DNA of 59,206 nucleotides, the filler included, from Sphacelaria rigidula (Eukaryota), in assembly GCA_964200075.2 (NCBI GenBank). It is 8 parts of 8 records of this genome, joined end to end, with 100 filler letters (N's around TTAATTAATTAA, not from the genome) between each part and the next. Parts side by side here need not be neighbours in the genome. Positions count along the whole stretch, not along the records: positions 7,415 to 14,728 come from CAXNAA020015488.1; positions 14,829 to 22,141 come from CAXNAA020015489.1; positions 22,242 to 29,554 come from CAXNAA020015490.1; 5 more parts are not named here. One strand, given 5' to 3'. The position numbers and the translations under genes were made by a program. This document shows positions 12,358 to 24,828 of this stretch, in pieces; position 1 is the stretch's first letter, and every line of letters starts with the position of its first letter. The notes beneath the pieces were generated by a model. It was given only the letters and a program-made list of their open reading frames with translations, was not told the DNA's origin and searched no databases.

Positions 12358-14669
12358 TGTGACGAAATCACGCCGTCACGTTGAGTATAGAGTGATGATT
12401 GGATGATGACTTGGAATCTGTAGGGATGATATGGATGATGACATGGACACAGGGGTGATGCCCTGATGTGCTTTATGGGGCATGTGCCTGTGTGGTACTC
12501 CAGGGTATTAAAAGGTGTTGTGAAGGAGTCATCCTACGATAGGGGGGGGGGTATTTGGTTGCACGAAAAACGAGGCTCATAAGTGTGTNNNNNNNNNNCC
12601 GCCATGATCTGACGCGAAATTTCGAGCAACAAATGGCCCAAAATCCCCCCCCCCCCCCTAGCGTAGGATGACTCGAAGGCTGATAACTAAAACCTAAGGC
12701 CACTGGAACTGGGGAGTCCCTCAACAGCTTCAGATGCTGCAGTATTAGCAACCTGCAGGCGCCACAATATCGATACTAGTGCTAGTCGTGCTAGTTGTGC
12801 TATCGTTAGTGACTACTGGAAATATTTCAGTAGAGAGGAGTCTGGACAGCTCCGGACATATTGCTTCACGGACGCGTGAGAAGATTTCAAGCTGAGGTAG
12901 CTGCGAAGGCGGCTGGCCCGTGATTGATCCAGACTGGAGACTTGCTGGAGCTGCGTGCAGCAGGAGTTTACAGGACCCCACGGCTGTGTAGTGCGGTGAC
13001 GAAGGCAGGTGTGAACTGTGGAGTTCGAGAAGGTTTAGAAGTCTTCGATTAGGTCCGCTTGGAAATATCGACTACAGAGGTACCGGCCGAAGAGCCAGCG
13101 GAGACGACCGTAACCCCAGTTGTTCAGGAAGAAGCGTTGCGGCCTCCCAGTTACGGGAATTTGTATTCTGAGTGTGCTTCTTGTTCGTTTTATACGAAAT
13201 ACGTGGAATACAATAAGTGTGTGGCGCATGCGAATGCGGGGGGTGCGGTAAGGCATCAGGTGGTTTCCATGGCGCAACTCGTGCCTACCCCCCTTCAACG
13301 CGTTTTTGCGAGAAGATTCCATGAGAAGAGCACAACAACGCCGCTGCAACTGGCTGCAGCGATCAAGAAGCATGCAGGGCATACGGCGGGCGCTGAGGTA
13401 GAGCTAATACAGGCGTCCGCGGCCGCGGCGAAGGCTGTCGCCATACACCACAAGGGGAAGACCATGCGTGAGAGGGTGGAGCCAATCATGGGAAAGTTGG
13501 AAACATATTTTTCGGGAAATCCCAACGTCGAGATGGTTTATCGTTCCTCCGATGCGAAATTCCGTCCAGCGCCCGCTGCGGTGATCACGAAAGCGATGGT
13601 GGAGGGTCTGGCACCGGCGGAATTCAAACGGGCCGTGCTTGTGCAATTACAGCACGAAACCAATTGGAAGTCAGACCCGTACTTAGTTATGGATACCGTG
13701 GTGACTGGGGCTCAGGCATGGCGGAAGATTGAAGTATTCGGGAAATCATCCACTTCGTCGCCGCAGTCTTCGAGCTCGCTTAACTGCTGATCAAAATCCG
13801 CAGGCAGTGCCACCGCCAATATCACTTGCTTTCAGTGTGACCAGGTAGGCAGGCCACTACGCACGCAAGTGCCCAACGCCTTCCGAGGGGGAATCTGGGC
13901 AGACGAGTGCCGGGCGCCCTCGCAATCACAAAGGAGGGAACAGTCATCGGGGGGGTGGCCGAGGCGGATCCTCCAGCGGTGGAGGTGTACAGTCGAGTTT
14001 CCAGCAGCAGCAGCAGCAGGGGCAGCGGCGTCGGGGGGGTCCGGTTCTGGGTCCGGCTCAGCCGCGATGGCTGCTGCTCCGCAACGGGCGGTGCAGATGG
14101 GACCGACCACTCTAGTGTCGGGCTCGGTGCCGGCGCCGCTTGCAGCAGAGCAAGGCGAGACACCTGCTGCTGAGCCGGCCGGATTTCAGCTGAAATTTGG
14201 ATCCGCTGCTGCGTCGATCGGAGTACCGCTGCAGTTTGGTTCTGCGAGCGGGGCTTCGTACCCGCCGGCGGTGCCGGTGACCCCGGCGGAGGCGTCTATG
14301 CGTGCGCCGCACGCGCAGTCGTGGCGCAGAGTGGGGATCACGACAAATCAGTCGGCAGAGCAGGTGCCGGTCAAGGATCAAGAAATGTATCCCTGCAGAG
14401 TTATATCTCTCAAACCAACGGGCGGGGGGAGCCATATCTGTCAACGCTGTGTTGGATTCAGGCGCCCATTTTACGAGCGTGTCGGTGCTGATTGTGGAGA
14501 TGCGGGAGCGTCTACTCCCTGGTGAGCAAATCCGCATTCCGTTCTCGCTCGGGGCGCGGCAGGCAATCACCGCATCGGGGCAACGTATAAATGTCACGGA
14601 GCGTACGATTCCCCTACAGTTGGCGTTTAGGACTACGTGGGGGCCAGCGAAAGTACCCCCGGTATCGTT
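12358..14669 (+). mobile_element. 5' half of a Ty3/gypsy-like retrotransposon (putative LTR, gag, CCHC knuckle, aspartic protease) inserted in the copia RNase H
   Basis: Copia similarity ends abruptly at TGTGACG (12358). Gag-like ORF 13059-13790 is followed in frame by CFQCDQVG..HYARKC; protease AVLDSGA at ~14446. Confidence 0.7.
12526..12674. mobile_element. Sola-like non-autonomous DNA transposon (interior collapsed in an N gap)
   Basis: TIRs GAGTCATCCTACG(A/C)TAGGGGGGGG; 4-bp TSD GAAG at 12522-12525 and 12675-12678. GAG...CTC termini with a 4-bp TSD fit Sola2. Confidence 0.75.
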
Positions 14670-14728
14670 GAGCCATCCTACGATAGGGGGAGGGGTATTT
14701 GGTTGCACGAAAAACGAGGCTCATAAGT
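14670..14728 (+). mobile_element. Left end of a second copy of the Sola-like element, inserted in the gypsy protease and cut by the contig end
   Basis: GAGCCATCCTACGATAGGGGGAGGGGTATTTGGTTGCACGAAAAACGAGGCTCATAAGT is nearly identical to 12526-12584. Confidence 0.85.
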
Positions 14729-14828
14729 NNNNNNNNNNNNNNNNNNNNNNNNNNNNNNNNNNNNNNNNNNNNTTAATTAATTAANNNNNNNNNNNNNNNN
14801 NNNNNNNNNNNNNNNNNNNNNNNNNNNN
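14729..14828. other. Artificial contig spacer
   Basis: N44-TTAATTAATTAA-N44. Confidence 0.98.
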
Positions 14829-15049
14829 GACGCACTTCCTACTCCTCCCAAAAATTGCACATCAGCAGCGTCGTGCGGTACTCCTGAGGGCTTTTTGTCA
14901 CTCAACGGCTAGGGTCTTCAAACCTCATTTCATTGATGAACCTCATTTCATAGAATCCCATGTTAGGTGCTCACGCGGGGGGGGGTCATGTTGAGGAGCA
15001 ATTTGCCGGCGTGTGACACGCGTGGAACTCCTCTGTAGTTCCCGCATTT

Positions 15050-16460
15050 CGTCCGATCGCTCTATTTGTGGTGAACTATGATGGTGGCATCCTTTTATTC
15101 TTGTGGTACCGCTGCTCCACCCCAGGTGTCAACGATGATAGCGCGCAATCTCTACAGTCCGCTAATGTCGTCGCCGCCGAGGAATATCTTCAACAGTTTA
15201 GTTGGCAGTTCATCTGGGCCAACAGCTTTTCCGTTGGCCATATATCGTATGGCATCCGCTGTCTCGTCTATCTTAAGCACCACGTCCGGTGACGTGCTCG
15301 GAAGTCGCCCCTGGAGTTGGTCGATGATTGCTGGGCTGAGGTGGGGCGACTTGGTCTTGAGGAGGGTGTGAAACCACTGTACCCACAGCGCGCGGATGAA
15401 TTTTACGTCTCTGAGCAGTTGATCCTTGTTGTCGCGGATATGTTGCTGCTGTGAAATACATGGTTTCCCCCCTTCCACATCGACTCCCTTCAAGTGCCTG
15501 TAAAACCTTTGTTGGTCACCTTCCGCGATGTGCGCTTCAAGTCGACTGACGTAGTTCTCGAGGAATATCTCCACCGCATGTGCCTAAAACGCGGAGCTCC
15601 TTGTTGGTCTTCTTCAAGATTTTCTTGAGGTTGGTGTCAGTGGGTGTTGACATCGATTTCCTCCGTGCTGTTTCCCTCGCCATCCATGCCGTGTGAACCT
15701 TTTCCTTGGTCTCGGCGCTCGCGCACCAGCCGTGGGAGCCTCGTTGGTTTCTTTCGTGGGGTGCGGTGTCTGCTGCGGCGGATATCAGCATCTTGAAAGT
15801 GTACGAGATGCTCCACTTGGTTGTTCTGAAGAACGTCGTGAGCACGGTAGGGCTTCGATCCTCTGCGAAGACCAGAAGCATCTCACCGCTTTGTTTTGGT
15901 CGGTCCCGTCCGTATCAGCCGAGTACCTTTCCATCATTCTCTCCACCCCCTTCACTTTGTTTCCCAGTGCGGGCGTTGGCATCCACCATGGTGGATAGAT
16001 ATTCTTTGCCAGGTACCTGTGAGATGGTATCGGATACGTCAACCCAAAACTTGTTCTTGTCGCGCAGCGGAGCGGTCTCCGTCGGGACATACCCAACTAT
16101 AAATGATACTGCGTTGGATTTGCCGTATAGGTAAAGTTTCACCTTCATGAGGCGAGCGCTGAGGTACTCGACTGTAGCACCTTTTCCTCCCATCTCCTCC
16201 AGGATCGACTTCGTGATAGCGATCCCTACCCCATGTTGTCCTGCTCTCCCCTTAGCCTCGCTTGTGTCACCAGAACAGAATATCGTAAACCCCGTCCCAC
16301 TGAACACCGATTGGTCATCTATTCTGGTTTCTTGCAAACTCATGATATCGCAGCCCAGACTCTGACAAGGTTTTAGGACAATCTCGCTGTGGCCAATACC
16401 GTTCGCACCTTTGAAAGGGAGCGTGCGAACATTGTCAGTGCCGACAGTAAGCTCGCCGCT
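15050..16460 (-). mobile_element. Degenerate RTE-like LINE: APE endonuclease and RT N-terminus
   Basis: TVGTDNVRTL, LQETR, GQHGVGIAI, IVGYVPTE and VDANARTG are APE motifs; MANGKAVGPDELP is the RT domain-0 motif. Confidence 0.9.
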
Positions 16461-16935
16461 CCTGCCGCTCGCCCTCGCAGTCTTTTTTCTCTTGCCGGCA
16501 GCCCTGCAATCTGCTCGTCTCCTGCGCCTCTTCTTTTTCCGAGCGGAGTGTTTTTATTCTCCTCCGTCCTTTTGCATACAAGTCTTGAACAAGTATATAA
16601 TTATGTTCTGAAATTGGCATTACTTCGCGCGTGCTTGTTACCAGACATGGTTTCCGGGGTAACAGTCCCGACATGCCTCGACTGTACTGTAGGGTTCTGT
16701 ACTGGACTGTATTGTGCTTTTTCAATCAACACTGGTCGATCGCACATATGGCGGGGCAGCCTACGGCCAATCAGTGTGAGAAAAAAAACACGTCGAGTCA
16801 CGTCACGTCAGCGTCCTCTATGAAACTTCGAACTTCTCAGCGTCCACACTGAAGTCCTTCAACTACAACAGTAGGAGGAGTGATTCTGACATGAATTCTG
16901 ATCTTTTCCGAAACTCTATTATTGTACAAGATTAA

Positions 16936-17032
16936 CCCCTAGACCGCGAGATCAGTCTTTCTGGATTACGCATACTTCTTCCACTCGAAATTGATGCCGA
17001 TTCAACAGAAGACTAACCTCGCGGTCTAAGGG
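16936..17032. mobile_element. 97-bp piggyBac-like MITE
   Basis: TTAA on both sides (16932-16935, 17033-17036); TIRs CCC(C/T)TAGACCGCGAG. Confidence 0.85.
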
Positions 17033-17289
17033 TTAAGATCACCTGGTTACTTCGAAAATATAATGGAAATGGTACATTTACCATACACTTTAATAACTTC
17101 AAACGAAGTTGATCTAACCTCCATGCTCGCTGTGCACTAGATGTCTGCATAGCAAAATAAAATCCGACCGCTACAAGTACTTAGTTTTCGGCATTTACTC
17201 TGAGATATCGCAACAGTATTGTAGCACAACCCATTGGTGCGGCGCTTTCTGGTCTCCAGACCGCGGGTCGTATCGAATTAGACAAAAGT

Positions 17290-17673
17290 ATGAATCAAAA
17301 ACACAAGTTCCAACGCCTGCAGAATCTCGCCGCCTCAGACTGTAAAATGTCCATGTGCTGCCTGGCCCACGCCCGATGCTGCGGCCAAAACATCACGACA
17401 ATACGTCGATTTAATCGTTATGTAGAAAATTTCTTATTTGCTGCAGCAATTGCGGCATCTACAGCTACTTTCAGGGCTGCAGACGGGTTCATGACATCGG
17501 CAATATTTTCGGCGGACCATTTGAATTCCCAACCTGTGTCTTCGTGTACAAGGCAGGCTCGCGTGGGCTTTGGATGCCGCGACGGTTATGGGCCGGTGTT
17601 TTCCAGGAGAGTGGTGCCCGGGGTGGTGCTATGGGCCTCTATGGACGAGGATGATGATGAAGATGGCGGCGAT
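17290..17673 (+). CDS. Candidate first exon of a plastid-targeted protein
   Basis: Hydrophobic FLFAAAIAASTATFRAADG-F (ASAF-like cleavage motif), then an S/R-rich transit-like stretch, acidic ASMDEDDDEDGGD and a GAT|GTAGGT donor. Downstream exons could not be joined cleanly. Confidence 0.4.
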
Positions 17674-19955
17674 GTAGGTTTTTGTCTGTTTTGTGTGTGT
17701 TCGGGTTGCCTGATTTGAAAGCTGTTACATGATACGTCAGCCAATTTCGACCAAAGCACAGCAGCTTTTAAAATTGGATACCACCCCCCTCCCCTCCCCC
17801 GCTCGACCCTACCAGATCCCCGCATACTGCTCTTTTTCTATCCCGCGCCAGAATACATCTGACTTTCGATGGTGGATTCCAAGCTGAATGTCGAAAACTA
17901 AGGCTGCGATGGCCAGGATGTTCCACTTCAAATTTTGAACGGAAAGATCAAACTCTGTATGTCAGGGTACGCCATGACCGGGGACACTGTACTGTTGTTC
18001 CTGTAGATCCAGGGCCCAGGCAATTTCGCCGACTGGACGGCAAACGGGGGGTGAAGGATGTCACATAATGGCTCCTGCCATGAAGGACACCCATCACCCA
18101 TGCGTACAAGGGTTCTCGATGATTGACGTCTAGAACCAACACAAACCAATCCTCCTGTCGGTTCTTGGCCGAGCATTATAATGTAATAGTGCTGTGGATA
18201 CTTGGAGTTTTTTTCGTTCAAGTGAAAAGAACACCTGACCCAACACTTACCCCGCAAGCGGGTAAGTGTGCCGATTACCGAGAGGCTCGGCTAGACTACC
18301 TCGCGGCAGTCATGGATAAGTGTTGTAGGACGAAAAGGATGAAGCTATAATTGCGGAATATTCCCGATCGAAGGAACATCTCCGTTCTGTGCGTCACAAG
18401 TACAGCAGATGTTCAAGCAGCGCATTGGACGGTTTTGCGGCAGGGATATCGGCGATAGTCTCCTACCGCACTGCACTGATTGTTGTACTGACTGTTATAA
18501 TGCGATGTACCGTACGGTACGGTACGAGAGAAATTTGATTTATACACTGCGCGCTTGAATGAAGTTTTATCACACCCTGCGACTTGATTGAGGGGAAGTC
18601 CATATTACGTGGCAGGGGTATGAAGCACAGATCGCTGGGCTCGAGGTCCGCGAATCACTTCCCGTCCATGGAACACAGGGTAGAAACGGAAGGGGTGAAA
18701 CGAATCAGGGGTCGAATCACGGGCGCGTTTTTATCTGCAAAACAGATTATGGAGCAGTCACAAGTTGCGTAGGTACGAGTTACCTATGTTCGGTCCAAGG
18801 CACAAGTAAACATTGAGGAATTGAGATCTGTACAGTAGCGCAGAATCTCATTGCATCTTCGAGACCCCACAATGGTGCCTGACCCAGCACCAGCCATGAC
18901 TGGAAAAGCTGTCGTAATATCAACCCTTCGAAAACAGACTCGCTCCCGAGCTGTCTTGTTGTAGCTGAAAACCGTTCCGTCATGATCCAAAATATTTTTC
19001 CAATAGTGCTCTCAACAATATTCTGCGCGAAATGCCCGGAGTGAAAAGTCTCTCCGCTTGGGTACTCTACATCAACGCAGCATAGTTTTCAGTCCAATAG
19101 TATAGTCGGTGCCATTTACTGTGTGAATGTGAAGGGTTTGATACAATACCCTGGTGGCTTGGTCGTGGCTGCCTACCTACTGGTGTTTTTTTTCCGGGAA
19201 AGGAAGGGGGGGGGGATTATTATACTCTTAACCTCGTTCCATCTCCCCCCCTGGTATATGCCTGAACGTTTGGTAAAAACCGGGCCGGCCAAGTGTCAGA
19301 GAGCCAAATCTTTTGAACAGTAATGTGTCAGGGCAGGCTGAGCATGTCAGTGAAGTAAGATAGTGAAGGCGGTAACGCACAGCCATACAGCTCACGAATC
19401 CGCTATGTTTTTTGTGAAACTGGCTTCTCCGAATTCACACTTTTCTGTATGCGGTTTTTGAGTTGCTCTCCTGAAGGAAGTCGTGGAAATAAAAAAGAGT
19501 TCAACTTTCTCATAGTTTCCGAGCGTGTGGCTCTCAAGGTAGAAATAATAGCAGTGAAAGTCTCATCCCGTGATTCATCGTCTTGCAAGGTATCGTCTAA
19601 ACACTGTATTCCCTATATTAGATAATTTCGGAAACACAAAACCGGCCGGAAAAACTCAGGGTTAGGACGTGTTAAGGTTTAGAAGTTGGGATTTAAGGCC
19701 AGGATATGACGAATTCCCCTAGGTAAACCCCGAAAACTGAACCCTGAGAAGAGACATGCGCAGTAACTCAGGATTAACTTTCAAATTTTTCAAATAAACC
19801 CTGAGTTGCTAGACACCCTGCCCCATAGCGACCAAGGTTACAGAACACAGCCGCAGGGCAAATATCGTAGGGGAGGCGATGGTGGATGCCGTGAACACCC
19901 GCGACAGCGCTGGTGATGGCACCTCGTTCACGAGAGCGACCCAAGACTACGAGGA

Positions 19956-20232
19956 GCACATGGAGGCGAACGGGAGAGCCGAGACACGAGTCGACTTGGC
20001 TTATGATGATGCGAAATGGCGGGACTCGGCCGCTCAAGCAGCTGCTACGAGGACTTGACAAAATGGCCACGAAACGTGAAGCTTGCGTTAGCTCGCGCAG
20101 GTACACCACCATTGTGTGGCCATCTTGTCGAGATCCTCGTAGGGGCTGCATGAGTGGCCCACTTCAGCCCTTCCACGTTATCTTTAGCCAGGTCGACAGG
20201 TGTCTCTGTTCCCCCGTTCGCCTCCACGTAGC
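19956..20232. repeat. Long imperfect inverted repeat (arms 19956-20070 and 20116-20232, 45-nt loop); candidate hairpin RNA
   Basis: Left arm ...TGGAGGCGAACGGGAGAGCCGAGACAC...ATGGCCAC is the imperfect reverse complement of GTGGCCAT...GTGTCTCTGTTCCCCCGTTCGCCTCCA. Confidence 0.9.
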
Positions 20233-21398
20233 TAGGATTACTGCGTATGGTGAACCTTTATCGAAAACTACTGTACTTTCTCAAAGTATACAAACGCACA
20301 CACACGCGCATGTGCACACTTTTACTACAAACAGTTGTACAGTACAGAACACGTATACTGCAGAAAGTATACAAAACTGTCTGCAGACGGTACAATGCAA
20401 CAACAGTGTACAGTCAGTACCACTCTGAACTGTCTCGACTTAATAGTGCTGTACGACACACCGACATGTGCAGGACTTGTGAATGACAAGCGGGCGCCGA
20501 GGTGCACTGCCTGTGTGCCCAATGCTGTGTACTGTGCCGGGTTCGTATCCGGAGGCTGTGTTGACGGTACTGTGTGTGTGAGTTGTCGTCCCGTCTATTC
20601 TGGACGCCGGTCTACACCTCGCGGTATATGTGGGCGCACCAGCCGGGGTCACACAGGAGGAGGGCCAACACAGGAGTTTTTTTTCATTTTTTGTTCGTTT
20701 TCAGCACTACACCTTTCTTCTGCGGTGCTTGCCTTTATAGTTTATCGCGAGAGGGGTTCAGCAGTCCCTTTCCCTCGTCGACCGTCAGGTCGAATATACT
20801 GCTGTCGCGTATTCAACGGTACGGGGACAGCATCAACAACCAAAGTCATGCTAGGATAGGACGGGGGGTATTTTGGGCCGTTGCTTCCACTAAATTCAAC
20901 TTTGAATCGATTTTAAGAGCAACGATCTTCAGAACGGGCGTGTTGCCGATAAATAACGCTCATTCATACTGCTGGACGCCGTTTTACCCAAATACACGCG
21001 CACGGCGAGTGTGTCAGGTTGTCCAAAACATCTATGAGTCTTTTTTCCCTGGAATCAAACACCCAACCTATGGTAGCACGGCTCTGTACATGCTCTCCTG
21101 CGCTGTACGAGTAACACCGCATGGGTGGGCGCAGACACGCAGAGTGCAAGCGCAGAAAAGCACGGCGCGACTTGTACCTTTTCAACTCATGACACCGATC
21201 ACGTGGCATCCGGAACAGAAAAGACTAAACCCTGAGAAGTTGGCCACGGTCCCCACCTGCGTGGTGAAACAAAATAAAAAACAAACCTGGGGTTTACACC
21301 AAACAATCCAGTCGTTCCTCGCTTTATCCCTGAGTTCTGATTTTTTTGCGAAACTCTCTTTTGTACATCAGTAGAAGTGCAGAGCGATCTTGCTGCAG

Positions 21399-21687
21399 AT
21401 ATCGCCACGCGGCGCTCTATTTTCCGAGTTGGAACCCAATATTTTGACATGCGATTTGCAAGGTCATATTCAAATACCCCCCCCCCCCCCAGATTTTTGT
21501 TTTTCTCGCCGAGATACGACCAACCAAAGTAATGGCCAATCCGATCGATTGGACGCATCTCGGCAACTAAGAAAAAATATTAGGGTAAAGTTCGGGGGGG
21601 GGTATTGAAGTGTATCGGCGATTACGCGGAAATCACGTCTAGAAAATTCAGGCCCGAACTCGAAAATTAAGCGCTGCGTGGCGATAT
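21399..21687. mobile_element. ~290-bp foldback element / MITE
   Basis: Nested inverted pairs: ATATCGCCACGC / GCGTGGCGATAT, AATACCCCCCC / GGGGGGGTATT, GCCGAGATACG / GCATCTCGGC. No TSD recognised. Confidence 0.65.
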
Positions 21688-22141
21688 TGTTGAATCTCCG
21701 AAACTCTTGACCTTCTGGGCTTGCGTCGTGGACTAGATTTGGTCAGTGTACGCCCGTATCACGTCGACGCTCGTCATTTTTGTGTCTGCTACTGTACCGT
21801 GATCTTCACTCTCGCTCATATCCTCACGACAGTCAACGGATGAAATCAGGCACGGTCCAAGCGAATCTCACAACTTGACCTAAAAAATAATCCAATAGTC
21901 GTATATGCCGAGATTCATTCGAGCCCTCACTCACTCACCTTCGGTCCCTCTTCCCTTCTCCCCTTCGAACCGGATCAAACATTACATGTTACCATATAGA
22001 TGGATAGACAGACCACCGGCTGGCGACAACTTCCTCTGAAGTTTTCTAGTTGATGGCAAAATTGTACTCAACACAATCGCATGGCATTCCCTTGTGCTTT
22101 ACCGCACCCCAATTCGCCACGGGGCGCGACGGTAGTCAGAC

Positions 22142-22241
22142 NNNNNNNNNNNNNNNNNNNNNNNNNNNNNNNNNNNNNNNNNNNNTTAATTAATTAANNN
22201 NNNNNNNNNNNNNNNNNNNNNNNNNNNNNNNNNNNNNNNNN
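22142..22241. other. Artificial contig spacer
   Basis: N44-TTAATTAATTAA-N44. Confidence 0.98.
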
Positions 22242-23848
22242 AAAAAAAAAGCAGCCCCCCCCCCCCCCCCCCCCCCTCAACCCTCCTCAACCCCCTTCCC
22301 CGTGTGGTATGTTCTCCGTATGTGGCGTTGCTGGGTATGAAAATGTTCCTCGCAGGTGTACAAGCAAGAGAGTGACATGTCCGAACTGGGTGAGTGAGGA
22401 CAAACGAGAAGTACGTAAAAAATACACCAACGAATAAATGTATTTCCGCTGGCTGCTGCAGGCAGTAGGAGGCAGTCGTGAAGCACTACTACCCAGGTTG
22501 ACTAAACAAGAAGAAACCGGCGGTATGTTTTGTGGGGATCGTGGCCTTTTTTCATTGTCCCTCCGAAGAACTGCGCCGTTTGTATCAGAAGTGATTCCAA
22601 CGGATGGATGATGGCTCGGGCGATCAATCGTAGATTAGATTTTCTGTGGAGAGGAACGATGTAATTGATGCGTAGTTTGGTAAAACCGTGCGCAAAGTGT
22701 AGACGGCGTCAGGTAGATCTTTTCTGAAACTGCGAAACACGAGATTTTGGTGCTATTATACTTCAGTTGCGTGCGCATGTACTCTACTGAACACTTATTC
22801 ATCGTTGGGTGGAGGATATCTCTTTGCAGTGGTATATCAGAGACTGATGCCACACATGTATGCAGACCCAGCACAAGCAGGGACAAGGTAGGAACGTTCC
22901 GGAAGGACCAGATCACCGAGGACCCTGTAATGCCGACGTAACTAGGCAGCTCGGGGTGATGCTAGGAAGAGCCTAATATTAGGACGGTCCAACATCCCCC
23001 AAGGAACTGGTCGCCCACGGCGACCACTCTCCTAGTCTGACCCCACTTCTTGCCTACATATACGAGAGGAAATCATCGCCAGCCTCGGAGTTCCTTCGGC
23101 ATCAGGACGGCAGTCTCCTCCCGTAGGTCCCTGACCATTCTACCGGTACGCCTTCCCCACAGTTGTTATAGTTCTTTACTCTCTTATACACTGTTACTGT
23201 TGCCAGTAGTCATCACTACTACCATTGTCGTTATCGCGATTATTCTTACTCCCGCAGCTGTTTATTTTTTCATTTTCGTCACAAATCCCGGCTCCTCGGG
23301 CCCGTTGTCGTTGGTTACTTGAAGATGGGGACCGCAACAGTAATATACAACACAAGTGTACAGCAACAAAAAGTCGCAGATTGGTCGGTTGATCTGTTGG
23401 TTGTCGCACCGATTGGTCATTATTTACACGATAGACGTAACTAGGGTAGAATGGAATAGGAAAGACTCGCTGAAGGAAATGCCGAGGAGGGGGAAAAGAT
23501 GAAGAAAGAAAAATACAATACAAACGCAGTAAACTTTAGAACAAAACAGAAGGAAAAGAAACAGAACAGAACACACACAAGCAACAGAAGAAGGAAATCA
23601 AAGGAAACGAGAGGACAAGGAAACGAGAAACAAAAAAAACGGTCCCGATCAAAAAGAGAGAGGAAAAATAACGAAATTTTAATATTTCATTCGATCTTGT
23701 ACGGATCTATTGTAGTGGATGTGCCCTTTTTCGTGTAGATGTTTTGTTTCTTGCCGTCCTCTGCGGGCTGTTTGATTTATGGGTATGGGTGGTATGCTCC
23801 TTGCACTCTGTGACGACCGGTTCGAGAGATCGAGCTAATGTGACGAAC

Positions 23849-23912
23849 ATAATAATAATAATAATGATCATAATGATCATAATGATCATATTTAATGATG
23901 ATGATGATGATG

Positions 23913-23994
<82 letters not shown>
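23849..23994. repeat. Compound (AAT)n/(GAT)n microsatellite
   Basis: Directly visible. Confidence 0.97.
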
Positions 23995-23995
<1 letters not shown>

Positions 23996-24828
23996 GAGTA
24001 GAACAGAGTAGAAAAGGCTGGGCTCTGCAGCATGACTTTAGGTGAAGAGGCGGCGCACGACGAGCACATACATCCATTCACAAATGATTAAAAAAAGCCG
24101 TGGGAGAAGACTGCGCCTCAGCTATTCCGGACCGTACTATTTAGTCGTGAGCTCTCACCCATGAGCAGCCCTACGGAAGCGAGGCACCAAACTGCTGCTA
24201 TTTAACACTGAGAGGAAATACACAGCGAGATAGAGCGAGAGGATGGAGAGAGGACAGAGAGAGCAGACAAAGAAGCGATGAGTCCGAAGAAGCTGAACAT
24301 GTACGGGAGTACAGCCAAAACACCACGGGATCACAAGCCCGAGGAAACACTCAGCACCCGATCAATGAGACAGGGGTAAATCGCTTTCCCTGTTAGTCCC
24401 TCTTCTCCCTCGTATCTCTAGTCGGGTACAAAGCGGGGCACTCTCTCGACTATCTCAATCCTGGATTCCTCGCGAGCTTTTGTCGTTGATGTTATTGTGC
24501 CAGTCTTGCACTTCGACTCCAGTACCCTGTCGTATTTGACGAAGGTCCCATTGGGGTTTATCTTCACGTCGCCACGTGTCCTCGGTCTCTTCCGTCTCTT
24601 TGTGGTGGAATCCAAGGGGCTATTTGCTCATTTTCTTCCCCTTCATGACCCAATCGTGTGTGACTTCGACCGCAACATCCGCCATTTCACTTTATTCCTC
24701 TTTCTGCTGCCTTATTATTTTTTTATTTATGTTAGTCTACTCTGTTGGTCTGTTCTACCTTTTTTCTGTCTTCTTTTTCTTCTTACTTATTTTTCCTTCA
24801 GCGAATGTGTCAGCTTTGTTCTTGCCTC

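Noticed and set aside
19586-19820. Tc1/mariner-like MITE with AACCCTGAG internal repeats
   Set aside because: The terminal match (CAAGGTATCGTCTA versus CAGGGTGTCTA) is too weak and no TA TSD is present.
20574-21374. 266-aa plus-strand ORF (also 5878-6537, 24576-25337, 53755-54330 minus)
   Set aside because: Non-ATG starts, no motifs, and overlap with repeats or better-supported features on the opposite strand.
23707-24081. Poly-Leu, poly-Asn and poly-Tyr ORFs (also 35358-35647)
   Set aside because: They are translations of (AAT)n microsatellites.
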